A stretch of 64,000 nt of DNA from Macrostomum hystrix (Eukaryota; Animalia; Platyhelminthes), in assembly GCA_950097015.1 (NCBI GenBank), contig CATNEN010000038.1:7130001-7194000 (forward strand), given 5' to 3'. Shown here piece after piece: positions 27,098 through 39,880 of the stretch. Position 1 is the first letter of the stretch. Every line of letters begins with the position of its first letter. The notes beneath the pieces were generated by a model. The model was not told the DNA's origin. It ran no database searches and worked only from the letters and a program-made list of their open reading frames with translations. A program made the position numbers and the translations under genes.

Positions 27098-28387
27098 TGT
27101 AAATCAGACACCTAAATTCTTAAATAGAACTAGAGTATAATTTAATTAGACATTAGGATTTCCACGAAAAATTTAACAGATTATGAAAATGTAAAGTAGT
27201 TTGTCTAATCCTGTAATTATAAATGCAAGTTAAGTAACTGATTCTATTTTACAACGTAAACGGTCAAGCCTGTTTCTAAAGATAGACCGACTCAACGATA
27301 TTTCATGATGGAATTTGAAATGCAGCGTAAACAAGATATCATAAAATATAATTGTCTAAACTTTCGTTATTAACGCTCATAACATTTATTACTTATTCAT
27401 CGTGTTTAACTTTACTCTTGCAAACTATCAATCGCACATATAGCATATTTTACAGCATATTTTAAGTTAGCAAGAAGTTCGAGGCTTCAATGGACATAAA
27501 AATGCGGCAGCAAATTGATCGAATTAAATAAATGCAGTCTACGACGCAATATGCAACTGTATACAGATTTGCTTCTTTATCAATATTGCACGTACTATAT
27601 TTATTTCAGTGAAAAATGCATCTATCTATTCTATGCTATATAATAACTTGTGCGGACTGCTCTCTTGAGCGGACGCTAGAACTTTGGTGGTGGTTTTTCT
27701 TAATTTCTTTGTTCCCAACTTTGGGAAGCGCACCATTATATTTCTGTGCCCACAGCCCCTCAGCCAGTCTGCTCCACCACCCACAGGCTCCCACCGCCCA
27801 GGCTTCGGCCGCGCATACATACGCGGTGGAGACCTGAGTGGGTCCGGTCCCGTAAAGGGTGACTTAGTTTAGCTCGCAGAGCAAGTGCACTCAGACCATG
27901 TTCGCATAGTGCAGTCACAACACTTAAGTTTCTATAACCGCGGTATACTGTTCTTTGTTAATTCAGTCGATGAGTTTTGGATGTAGCCTGAGGTCGATAG
28001 ACAATATGGTCATGGTCAATCGCAATATCGAGAACGAAGTTCTGCTGTGTTGCTGACGGGGAGGAAACGTAACGTCTGCGCACTGTCATCAGAATTGAAA
28101 ATAGTCTACTTCTTAACGGCCAGTCGCGACCGCGGGCTCGCCTGCAGACTGCACCGTACCCTTGTGTTCTGAAAGGGTGCAATGGTTGTATACTGAAGTC
28201 CGAGTTCCTGCTTCTTTTGTTGTGGAAATAAATAGCATGGAACACAAAGATAATTGTTTACGAGCCAAGTGCGGTAATAGTGCGTTGTGTTGCGTTGCGC
28301 TGAAGTTCAGATTTGACCAATGTAAGCTGGGGAATTCGGTTCTTAAATTTATTAGTACTCGCGGAAGAAGTTTTCTGGAAAGATGGT

Positions 28388-28727
28388 ACCAAGAACCCTG
28401 ATCCCAAGAACCCTGATCCCAAGAACCCTGATCCCAAGAACCCTGATCCCAAGAACCCTGATCCCAAGAACCCTGATCCCAAGAACCCTGATCCCAAGAA
28501 CCCTGATCCCAAGAACCCTGATCCCAAGAACCCTGATCTTAAGAACCCTGATCCCAAGAACCCTGATCCCAAGAACCCTGATCCCAAGAACCCTGATCCC
28601 AAGAACCCTGATCCCAAGAACCCTGATCCCAAGAACCCTGATCCCAAGAACCCTGATCCCAAAAACCCTGATCCCAAGAACCCTGATCCCAAGGACCCTG
28701 ATCCCAAGAACCCTGATCCCAAGAACC
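28388..28727. repeat. 15-bp minisatellite, about 22 copies
   Basis: Unit AAGAACCCTGATCCC. Confidence 0.97.
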
Positions 28728-29685
28728 ATAGAAATTATACTTAGTTTTTATTTTACTTCCAGTCACTTTTCTAAGCGTAAAATTGGAATCGTCACCTCAC
28801 TATTCATAACGAGCGCGTGCCTTATTTACTCAGTGTTAAAGTGTGTACGTCAATTCGCGTTACACAGCTGCGTATGACTTCATGATTAAAACGAAAGCGC
28901 GACCAAAATACTCGTAAGCATAAGTGAATGCCGATAGGCCAAATCTGGCTGTACTGTGCACAGCTGTTACCATCGCATTATTGAGGCTTAATCCTTTCCA
29001 TTCAGAACTGCGGCTGCCTCACACTCCAAGCATTTCGAGAACACTAATGTTGAGCTCATGACGCAGTGCACCTCAATTCTCTGTCCCTGTCCTCTCTGTC
29101 TTTTAATTGGACTTGCTAGAACTAAACTGGCATTTAACTAGCTAAACAAAGCATACTCAGCCGTAACGCTGAAAATATTCTATTTTTGAGCATGGGCATG
29201 TTTTCACTTGCTCATATCTTACTGCGTCTCAATCGTCTCTGTGCGGTCCTCTCTCCTTCTCTGGTTTCTTGCAAGTGCACTCGTTGTCGTGGGAAGAATA
29301 TATTGACGGGGCCGTAAACGACACGCAGGACAATTACTGCCCCTTGCTACGCATGCAAAGTGGGGACGAAATGAAATAGGAAAGAATTCCGGTATATTTG
29401 ATCGAGTCTCCGAAGAGCTAGAAAAGAACCGGAGTTAGGCAAGTGTAAACGAACTTGGAAAGCGAAGCAGGAATTTAAAAAAAGCCTCTGCAAACAATTC
29501 AAAAGACTTCAAGCAGATCGAAATCAGCGCTCATAACTGCAGAAATGAGCTAGTTGGAAGCAAGGAACGCCAGTCGGAACTGATTTGCCAAGCGAAAATA
29601 CAAGCATTAAACAGTTGACACAGTAGAACACATTCTGTACGGTAATCGGCCCTCACTGAATATCGCAATCTGGGATTGCTGCAGC

Positions 29686-31482
29686 ATGTCAAACAAGGCT
29701 GTTGAAGATTCACAGAAACAAGCAGCAGCTTTAGTGACTGGCAGCGATGAGCCAGAAGATCCTGGCTCCAGGAAGTCCAAGAAGGTTCCCGACTATGGTG
29801 CCACGAAGGCAACCGATGCTGATTCTGGCTCTGGCCCCTTCAAGGGGCGGCTCATTCGCGAAAAGCTGCGACCGAAGCGGCGAACCCGCGAAGAGCAAGT
29901 GCTGTACGAAAACAACATCAAAGATTTCCTGGACGCCCTGCTGTCCAACACCAGCCTGCTTGCGATCAGTAATATTGTGAAGCGCAGCCATCCCGTGTTC
30001 AAAACACTCTGGGCCATTGCCTTCACGGTGTGCCTCATTTTGACGATACGCCAGCTGTACAGTCTGAGCAGTACTTACTTCAGCGATCCAAAGTCCACAA
30101 TAATTCAGCTAACTTACAAGCCGTTTGAGTTCCCGTCTGTCACCGTTTGCAATCACAATCCGTTGAGGCGCTCGATGGTTAGCCTGTTTGGTCAGGCCGA
30201 TCTTCAACGCTTCATCGCCGGCCTGGAGACCAAAAACTACTCTGTGGTGGACAATGGCACTCAGCTGATGACTCAGCAGGCCGATTGGATGCATTTTCAT
30301 AGGCTGATTAGCAATAATACACCAGAACAGCGCTTGCGCATGGGCTACCAGATGTCCGACCTGATTCTGCAGTGCAACTTCGCTGGTCGCCGTTGCACCA
30401 GTGAGCACTTCAGCGTGTCGTTGACAAAAACATATGGAAGCTGCTTCACTTTCAACGGCTGGCAGTCTGCCTTTGCTGGAGCCCCAGTGATTGGCAAAAA
30501 CGGTCGAGAGCATGGCCTTATAATGACACTGTACCTAGAGTTAGAGGAGTACCTGCAGAATTTTATTCCCAGCTCCGGCATCAAGGTGCACATTCACGAG
30601 TTCGGCTCATTGGCATTTCCAGAGACCTCCGGCTTCTCGGTGCCGCCGGGCTTTCAGACTTCCATCGGCATGTCGTTACGTCGAATCGATCGCATCAACC
30701 GACCCATGGGCAGCTGCGAGGTTGGCAAAGACTTTCTTCGAAATCATGGCTTTAAGTACACATACAGCGCGTGCACGATGCTGTGTTTGTACGATCGTGT
30801 TCACGACCGCTGCGGCTGCTATGACAGAGCGAACTCTGTGTACTACAGTCATCTAAAGAAACCGCTTCAGCCGTGTCACACTGAAGAGCAGCTGTCCTGC
30901 CTCATGAACTTGGTATACGCATCCGATCAGGGCGATCTGAATTGCAACTGTCCACTGCCGTGCGCTGAGTCACACTTTACCTTCAAGCAGTCACTGAGTG
31001 AGTGGCCGACAGACAGCTACGAGACGCGCCTCTTCGGCGATCTGGTCGACGTCAAGCCGAAAGTTGCCAGCCTGAGAAACCAAACTAAATTGGCTGCGCG
31101 CAGGAATTTGCTTAATTTGGTCGTGTACGTTGACGGCGTAATGGCAGAGCACATCATTGAGAAGAGAGCCTACGGCATAGACAACTACCTGTCAGACATT
31201 GGCGGCACCCTCGGCCTGTTTCTGGGATTCTCTGTCCTGACCGGGTTCGAACTCTTGGAGGCGTCGGCGCTCATCATGGCTTACCTGTGCGGCAAGATTG
31301 GCTACACCAGCGATGAGGTGGCTGATGAGCCTGCCACCGCTTCGGATGAAAGCGACGGCGCCATTGACGGCGAAAGAGTCGGCTCAATCAGCGCCTCTAA
31401 TGAGGCTCTCACGGGACGCCGTGGAAGCCAGATCATGACTCTCTATGGTTCCAATCCGACTATTCACCTGCACTCTAATTGA
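29686..31482 (+). CDS. DEG/ENaC (ASIC/FaNaC-superfamily) sodium channel, 598 aa, intronless
   Basis: TM1 (LWAIAFTVCLILTI), FPSVTVCNHNP, YGSCFTFN, Cys-rich thumb, CPLPC and TM2 YLSDIGGTLGLFLGFSVLTGFELLE. Confidence 0.93.
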   Translation: MSNKAVEDSQKQAAALVTGSDEPEDPGSRKSKKVPDYGATKATDADSGSGPFKGRLIREKLRPKRRTREEQVLYENNIKDFLDALLSNTSLLAISNIVKRSHPVFKTLWAIAFTVCLILTIRQLYSLSSTYFSDPKSTIIQLTYKPFEFPSVTVCNHNPLRRSMVSLFGQADLQRFIAGLETKNYSVVDNGTQLMTQQADWMHFHRLISNNTPEQRLRMGYQMSDLILQCNFAGRRCTSEHFSVSLTKTYGSCFTFNGWQSAFAGAPVIGKNGREHGLIMTLYLELEEYLQNFIPSSGIKVHIHEFGSLAFPETSGFSVPPGFQTSIGMSLRRIDRINRPMGSCEVGKDFLRNHGFKYTYSACTMLCLYDRVHDRCGCYDRANSVYYSHLKKPLQPCHTEEQLSCLMNLVYASDQGDLNCNCPLPCAESHFTFKQSLSEWPTDSYETRLFGDLVDVKPKVASLRNQTKLAARRNLLNLVVYVDGVMAEHIIEKRAYGIDNYLSDIGGTLGLFLGFSVLTGFELLEASALIMAYLCGKIGYTSDEVADEPATASDESDGAIDGERVGSISASNEALTGRRGSQIMTLYGSNPTIHLHSN

Positions 31483-32809
31483 TGTAACCCGTGAACCGAC
31501 TTGCAAATCGAGACCGTAAAAAGTAATGCTATTCACCTAAAACTGGTATAGAACACCGGTATAGTGCTGCTTTTCTCGTTAAGTAAAAGTATGTTTATGT
31601 CACAAGCCTATTTTAATATTAAAGTTATGAGCATATATCTATATTATATTGGTTTTTTTTATTTGTTCTTGCCTTTGCAGATTCCTCATTTTTTGTGTGA
31701 ATTACGGGATAAAAATGTGAAGTTTATATCAATGTGGATCTGGTCTTAACCGTCGCCCTAGCTATTTATGTGATCATATGTGCATAATCGGTAGGTCCAT
31801 CACTGAAGATTTCATGTTTCCTTTTTAATGTATCAGTATCGTTCAAGCTTTAAACAAGTAGCACTTTTAATTTTGTTGGGTCACACTGTACGTATTAATG
31901 CTACAATATGTACTGTCAGTAAAAACATTTTTTAAAATAGCATTAGATTGTTTGTTTCTTCTGTTAATTTTGCGTCTAAATTAACACTATTTTATGTCCT
32001 ATTTTAAACACTGTCTTGTTCAAAAGACAAGCAGGACTTCAAATTAAACACTTTCAATAAATCTCAGCCAAGGAAGCCTCTTCGTTCGAACAGGAGGCTT
32101 CCTTGTCTCTGCTCTTGCGGAAACTCAATTCGAATGGTGTATTTAAATCTTTTATTTAGACAAAGTCCCATTCTATTAAAACAGAGGAAATTCAATCGAG
32201 ACTGTCTATGGTCAAAGCTAAGCCTGAGAGGCGTGCACGTGCTGACTTGAAGTTCAAAAGAAACAAAGTTACTCGTACATTCTATTTTAACAGTGAGATT
32301 AACCTAGTTGATATTTTTTTCTGAAGGTCAGATTTTTATCTATAAACGCTATTGTATTTTATACACCCCCTATCACCTCTTATAAAAATTAGCACTGTGC
32401 CTCAGTGCGGCCTTGCAGGCCTTCAAAATTTATCAGCATGTCAACCGAATGGGCCTGCCTAATCTTCGTCTTCGGTAGTCACCTAACTTTATCTAGACGG
32501 ACTGCTGGACCTTCAAGAGCTACAACAGGTGCAAATAAACCATGCTGTGGACACCCTGACGAAAATTCCTTTAATTTCACTGATCAAGCCTAAATATGTT
32601 AGGCACAGCTCAACCACAGGACACCATCGCCTAGTCTGTCACCTAGTCACCACCCAACGATGTTAGCAACTATAGGCGCTGCCAAAAAATCCCCCCTATT
32701 TGGTATAATGGCTTAGTAGTCCTAAACACATGTCGATGAGCGTATAAGAGGAAACTGTGTTAAACAGGAACGAGTCAATGTCTGCTGCTTAGCTTTAGCC
32801 ACCTAGACA

Positions 32810-33370
32810 TCAACTGCCTGTCCCCCAGGCAGCGAGGGACGTATGTAAATACATGGTTGAACCACTCAGTGAACTTTTCGGAGGAGATGCAGCCAACAAC
32901 GGTTCTGTCTGCCATGCATGCTGTACAGGACGTCTCGCCGCTCAGCTGTCGGAGCGATGACTTTTTGCTGGTCTGCAGCGAGTTCTCTCTTCAGAGCGGC
33001 CTTCCAACAGAAGATTGCTGTTCGCGACAGGAAATTCTCCACCGGAGTAAAAAATCGACTGTATGGTGAAAGGCGCTTGACCTGAACGGAGTCCGGAATC
33101 TCGTATTTTTCGGTGTCATTGTGTGAACTTACGTTGTCGATGACAATTAACTTAGCAATGCGAGACTGGGAACTCGACCAGCTTGAAAGTTGCCGACGTT
33201 GACCTGCAGGAACTCACCAAACTTCTCTTTTGTCATTCCTTTGTCGAAAATCTGGTAGTGCACGACACCACCGACACATGGACAAATGGCCAAGCAGACG
33301 GTAGCTCGGAGTCCTTTCTGAGTAGCAACTTGTCCGTGCACCTCGGCGAGAGCGCCCTATTGATCTTCTC
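32810..33370 (-). mobile_element. IS630/Tc1-like DDE transposase relic (frameshifted)
   Basis: Minus-strand fragments TVCLAIC..GVVHYQIFDKGMTKEKFGEFL, then LIVIDNVSSH..VKRLSPYSRFFTPVENF..WK, then WFNHVFTYVPRCL. These match the DN..H / LPPYSP.LNPIE signature of the DDE_3 family. Confidence 0.8.
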
Positions 33371-34954
33371 ATCAATGTTTTGAAGTCGACAGTCTGGATT
33401 TAATTTCCTCTGGATTCTATTTTCCTTAGTTTCAAGAGAAAGGAGCTTTGTTTGAATTGAGTAACGCAGGCGCTGAGATTTCTATTAGTGTCTGAATTCA
33501 AGTTCTGCTTGCTTCTTCTAAACTGCAGACTTTTTTCGAAATAGGAGCAACAGCCAAAATATCTTATAATATTTATCGATGGTCTACAGCTCAATTTGAT
33601 TCCGAGGAAATTACGGTTTAGGAAATTGACCAATTTATGAAGAATTTTCTAGGTCAAAAAGAAGTTTCAAAGTATGACGATCACTATATACAAATGTCAG
33701 CTAGTAGGATATCAGTTGGTTATTGGAGGCATGAAAAAACCCCACTGCCGCGCTTCAGCCTGATGACGACTCTTACGCAATCTAGTTTAGTTAGAAAATA
33801 TAAACCATGGGTATACCAAGAAAAACTAGAAGATCTTTTTCTTTTGGAATACGTTGAGAATGAACGGTTTTAATCTTGCATTAAAACAATTTTGCAAGTA
33901 AAATGTCTTATTAAGTTATGGAAACTAATAAATTTTGCTTCTACGACTTCAAAATTTATAAACTTTATTAAATTGCTGTCCAAATTTTTTTCAAAGACAA
34001 AGTTACAAACTTTTTTTCGCTAATCTGCTTCATCATAATAATGGACTCCACTATCTCCTTGACCATGTCCTCCCATATTTCGTTGATTTTTTATTTCTAC
34101 TGCAGAAATTTTTTTTGCAGTAGGTATATGAGTGAACAAGTATTCTATTGGCATGCAACCGTTAATAATTATATAAAGTAGTATTTTATAGATAAAACCA
34201 TTTTACTGCTTAAGCATTAGTCTTAGGGAGCCTAACTTAATCGCCTAGGCCTATTAATGATTGGGATCTGATAGCAATTGCAACATAACTCGCAGGGTGA
34301 GTGGCAGTCCTCAGTGACTTATAGCATGTAAGGTGCCTGCTTGCTCTAGCTGCTGCTTGTTAAATTTTGAAATAATCAAGTCATTTTCGGCAGCAATTTT
34401 CTGTCTATCATGGTGCAATAATTCTGCTAAAAATAGGCCTAGCTATTTTTAGGGCATATGCCTATTGCTAAAGTTGAATTGACTTGCCATACATTTAATG
34501 AAGCACAGGCTTCATTAATTTTATTCCTATAAAATCGTTGCAGTTTTAGTATGTTTAAATAAATCTGTGTCCATAGGCCCTAGGGATTTTTAGGAATATT
34601 GAATTTCAGAAAAGAAATGAATTTTGTTAGATCTACAACCACTTTCTATGGTTAAATTCCCCATTGCAGGGGGACAATGACAGAATTAGGCCCTACAACA
34701 CATAGCCAGACATGAAGAATCAAGGGTTTTGGATTTCAACTTAGGCCTAATACTATAAAGAATGGGCCTAATAAATAGTAAATAGTAGGAAGCTTTTATG
34801 CTTTTATTTCTTCATGGCCATGGGGAGTGGACATATGGAAGATTGAAAAGATTGATCCAATTTATTTTGGGATTGGCCTAATGGCTTTTATGAGAACCAT
34901 AATACAATATTTTAGGAATAGCTTCCATAAGTCAGGATAATGTAGTATATGCCT

Positions 34955-36583
34955 CATATATGCACAACCTCCCAAATCTTAGCCGGTCGTGTGACTTAGT
35001 TTTTGGTCTATTTATGACTTAGTTTGTTTCATGGCTCTATTTACAACTTAGTTTGCTCTCATTTGCTCTCATTTTCTCTCCCCTTTTTCCTTTTCTTCAG
35101 GCCTTCCTTTTTTGTCCCTTGGTCCCCCCTTTGATTTTTTTGTGCTTGGTCGATTGGTTTTTGCGACTTACCTTGCTTGGCCCTTGTTTCACCCAGCTGG
35201 GTTGGCCGGGTGTTGTGCATGTATGATAGGCCTATGCCTGAAAATTTGGGCATGCATTGGTGTTTTGACAGTTCATGCTATATTTGATTTGGTATGTATT
35301 GTTGGTGCACACTTGCCTGTTGCCTCTTTGGTTTCTGGTCTTCTTGTCTGTTGCCATCTTGTCTGCTAGGCCTATTAACTTGACTTTAAAAGAAACCTTG
35401 TTCAAACTTGTCTGTGGCAAAGACAATTGAAACAAAGTTGTCTGCTATGGCTTTTATAGTGGTAGGAAAGCACATGTAAGATATGTCTGTTATTCTTATA
35501 AGAAGTTTGGTATATTTGAGCAATGAGTTGATATTTCTTTTTAGACAGGATAGGCCTAAAATTATTGTGCAAATTCATTCAAATTGTCAAAGAAAAAAAT
35601 ATACTTTTCTTTGATCTACCTATTAGCCCTAGTCTGGATCATGTAGTGCACGCCAGAATTTTCCATGTATTTGTTTTCAGCTGACGTGCATTGGTATATA
35701 TTTTAAGGGTTAGTGTACACTGTACACTTTGGCATGCAGTGCATGCATGGCAATGGTGTAGCATGTAATCATACATTGCATTTAAAAAAGAGATCAAATA
35801 TGTGTTTCATGGATCTACAAGTATATGTACAATTCAACAAATATCAACCAATTATTTAACAGATTGCATGATCAAAACTAAATGTTCTGTTATCTGTAAA
35901 AACATTTTTTAGTTTTGTAAATTAGACTATAAATACTATAAATAAATAAATTGTTGTTTGATATTCCTTTTTGGTAAATACAAAAATAGAAGCAAGTTTG
36001 TCTTTTTAAAGTAAAAAATGTGTTACATATTTTTTATACAAATTATATGATGTGCCACATTGGCGTGTATTGGTGTGCAATTTGAAAAAACTCTGCATCT
36101 TTGGCGTGCAAACCATTTTTCACATTTTTTTCTGGCATGCAGCCAACATGATCTGGACTATGGCATATTAGCATGTACATGAATTTCACTTGCCTACAAA
36201 TTAGTAAGCTTGTCTTTTGGCAGACAAGATTGTGTCTGACAAGATTGTGGCAGACAAAGACCAGAACATATATCTTATGGTGCTCATGGTTGGTATTATG
36301 TATGTTTAGCATTAATGACTTAAAAATAATAACATGTAATAAAGGTTTTTTCAAAAGAAAATCTGACTCTGTTTTACTACCTATATAATACATCTAATCT
36401 TCATCGTCTTTTAACTTTTAAGTGTATATAAAAAACAATTTTCCCATGCACTCTAACCTTACAACTTTTTTTAGCACAATCTTGACTTATGTTATGACTG
36501 TAGACTAATTGGGACATAAGTCGTAAATAGAGCAAAAACTAAGTCACATGGCTGGCTAAGATTTGGGAGGTTGCGCATGTATG
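34955..36583. mobile_element. Non-autonomous TIR element (about 65-bp TIRs) with nested inverted-repeat pairs
   Basis: TGCACAACCTCCCAAATCTTAGCCGGTCGTGTGACTTAGTTTTTGGTCTATTTATGACTTA at 34961 is the imperfect reverse complement of about 36517-36577. Confidence 0.8.
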
Positions 36584-37947
36584 TATAGCCATATGAATCA
36601 GACATTAGGAATGTCAATAATGATAACTAACAGCAACAACCAGATTCTTGCAATAAAGCTCTTTTTGTTGACCAAACTCAGGAAATCTTAGAGCCCAGTA
36701 GGCATTTACAAGTTCTTATATATTGAATCGATAAATGTATAGTATGAGTGTACACAACATGCAAGGGTGCAATGTGCATAGCAAATAGCCAGAAAGAGAG
36801 AACACTGTGCAGAGTTAGGCAACACATTGCAATACAGAACTACACAAAAAGAAAGAATATTGTGTCATTGCACTCATGTTTTAGTTTTTTTTCTTAATAT
36901 ATTTTTTGTTCTTGAAACTTATAGAATTTAGCAGTTTAAAAAAACTACATGAGCTACTAACTACTTTACATAGGCCTATAGTTTTTTCTTTATAGGTACA
37001 CTGTATAGGTAAGCTACAGAAGACCAAGTTGACAACCTAGACAACTACTTTACAACTAGACAGTGCATGAAGTTGAAGGTCAATGGGAAAACCTAAAGTA
37101 TTTCAAGTTTAAGAAGCTTATAATGAGACTGGGTGTCCCTGTGCCCTTGTTTTGCAGTGCTTTGAAGTGCTTAGTCTTGCTTTTAGTCTGGGGTTGTAGA
37201 CTTGATGTGTACAATGTTGCTTCTTGGTACTTAGTGAATAGGTACCCAGCTATTATTTTTAATTGACTTTATTAGTTTATGAGTTCAGTTGCTCTTGCCA
37301 CCTATATATTATGATGTAGTGAAACTTTAAATGAGACTATTCTTGCAAGTGGACTCATATTAGGTAATGAAAAAATTGAATTGAACAATAAGGTTTATTT
37401 TATTAGTTTGTTAGCAATAAGAGTATTTAAAATGGGACTATTGATGATTTATATTTTTAGACTAAGGACTTGCAATTAGAAAGTGTTAAAACTTCCTTAA
37501 ATTTATTTTCCTTTCTGGCAGCACAAGGCGCTCAGCAACACAAGCCTATTTTCCTTTTTGGCACGCTTATCTTTCCAAGAAGCATGTACTCTCTTTGAGA
37601 AGAGTTATAAAATTTCTTTAATTAAAAATACAAGTTACAGTGCACCTTTAACTATCGCAATTACAACAGAAAGATATATTCTAAAAGCATTAACCTTATC
37701 TGTCGCTTAAAAAATTAATTTGTTTGGCTTGACTGTTTCTCGAATAAATGATTACCACTTCAAGGCACATAATATATGTACTTTGTAAAAAATATGAACG
37801 TATTTTAAAGCTTCGATGCATTTCATAATTTACGTATACAATTTCAGCGCCGTCAAGCACCTACACTACCAGCTGTAAAGTGCCTAGTGTACTGTTCTGC
37901 TTAATTAGTAGCACATTTAACAGGTTCTGAGTGTTATCAAAGAGAAG

Positions 37948-39880
37948 ATGAGTAAAGTGCATCCATCGTCCAAGGCCACTGCCCATTATCGAATCAGCAA
38001 TGCTGCGGCTGCAGCGGCGGCGGCGGCTGCAGCCGCAGCATCTGGCAACGGAGGCGGCGGTAACGCCAGTGTTAGCAACGGCAGCGCTCCTATTGGTCGG
38101 CCGCCGCCTCTTCAATCCGAGGGCTCAGTGGTAGCCGCAGCTGCCGCAGCAGCAGCTGCCGCGGCGAAGTCGATGCCGGTGCTGCCGCAGCTCATTGGCG
38201 CCGCCGCAGCCGTCGCCGCGACCGCCAATTCAGCAGCCTCTTCGACCGCTGGAGCTTCAACAGCCAGCTCGGCAGACTCGGCAGCCCACAATCTAGAACT
38301 GGCTTCACTGTTTGAATGCCCCGTCTGCTTTGACTATGCCCTGCCGCCAGTTATCCAGTGCCAGGCCGGTCACATTGTGTGCTCAAATTGTCGGGCCAAG
38401 CTGACGAGCTGCCCGAGCTGCCGCGGTCCACTCGCGAACATTCGCAATTTGGCTATGGAGCGTCTGGCCGCACAGGTGCAGTTTCCCTGCAAATACGCCA
38501 CCAACGGCTGCCTGGCCGCGTTTCATCACAGCACCAAGGCCGAGCACGAAGAGGTCTGTGAATTTCGGCCCTACGTTTGTCCCTGCCCCGGCGCCAGCTG
38601 CAAATGGCAGGGCTCTCTTGACCACGTGATGCAGCACCTAATGCAGCAGCACAAGAGCATCACCACACTGCAGGGCGAAGACATCATCTTCCTGGCTACG
38701 GATATTAATCTGCCTGGCGCGGTGGACTGGGTGATGATGCAGAACTGCTTCGGCTATCACTTTATGCTAGTGCTGGAGAAACAAGAACGATTGGATAGTC
38801 AGGTATTTCTGTTGACCTCATTTTTGCTTAACTTTCTGGGAAACTGGGACTTTTTGACACTCAGAGATTGTAGAAGATTGTAAACTGTAGGATAATCTGA
38901 GACTGTAGGATAATCTGAGACTGTAGGATAATCTCAGACTGTAGGATAATCTCATACTGTACGATAATCTCAGACTGTAGGATAATCTCAGACTGTAGGA
39001 TAATCTCAGACTGCACGATAATCTCAGACTGTGGGATAATCTCAGACTGTGGGATAATCTCAGACTGTAGGATAATCTCAGACTGTAGGATAATCTCAGA
39101 CTGTAGGATAATCTCAGACTGGTATAATCTCAGACTGTAGGATAATCTCAGACTGTAGGATAATCTCAGACTGTGGGATAATCTCAGACTGTAGGATAAT
39201 CTCAGACTGTAGGATAATCTCAGACTGTAGGATAATCTCAGACTGTAGGATAATCTCAGACTGTAGGATAATCTCAGACTGTGGGATAATCTCAGACTGT
39301 AGGATAATCTCAGACTGTAGGATAATCTCAGACTGTGGGATAATCTCAGACTGTAGGATAATCTCAGACTGTAGGATAATCTCAGACTGTAGGATAATCT
39401 CAGACTGTAGGATAATCTCAGACTGTGGTATAATCTCAGACTGTAGGATAATCTCAGACTGTGGGATAATCTGAGTGTGGAGAAGACCTGGAGTCTCAGG
39501 CTGAGTAGTGTTTAACAATTTATTCTTCCCGCCATGCGGAACAGGTGATGTTCTACGCCATAGTGCAGTTGATTGGCACACGAAAGCAAGCTGAACAGTT
39601 TGCCTACCGTCTAGAGCTTAATGGCCAACGCCGGCGGCTCACCTGGGAGGCCACGCCGCGCTCGATTCACGACGGCGTACACGCCGCCATCGCCAACTCT
39701 GACTGTCTGGTGTTCGATTCCAACATCGCCTCTCTGTTCGCTGAGACGGGCAATCTAGGCATCAGCGTCACCATCAGCATGGCCACTGCAGGCACCGCTG
39801 CTGGCTCTCTTAGCTCTTCGTCTGACCTGCAGCAGCAGCAGCAGACGTCGTCCGCTGGTCAAGGCATGCAGATTGGTTAA
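37948..39880 (+). CDS. SIAH: Siah/Sina E3 ubiquitin ligase, 396 aa, 2 coding exons
   Basis: Exons 37948-38802 and 39545-39880. RING ([25 protein letters not shown]), [46 protein letters not shown] and [13 protein letters not shown]. Ala-rich N-terminal extension. Confidence 0.97.
38883..39475. repeat. 18-bp minisatellite filling the Siah intron
   Basis: Unit ACTGTAGGATAATCTCAG. Confidence 0.97.
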
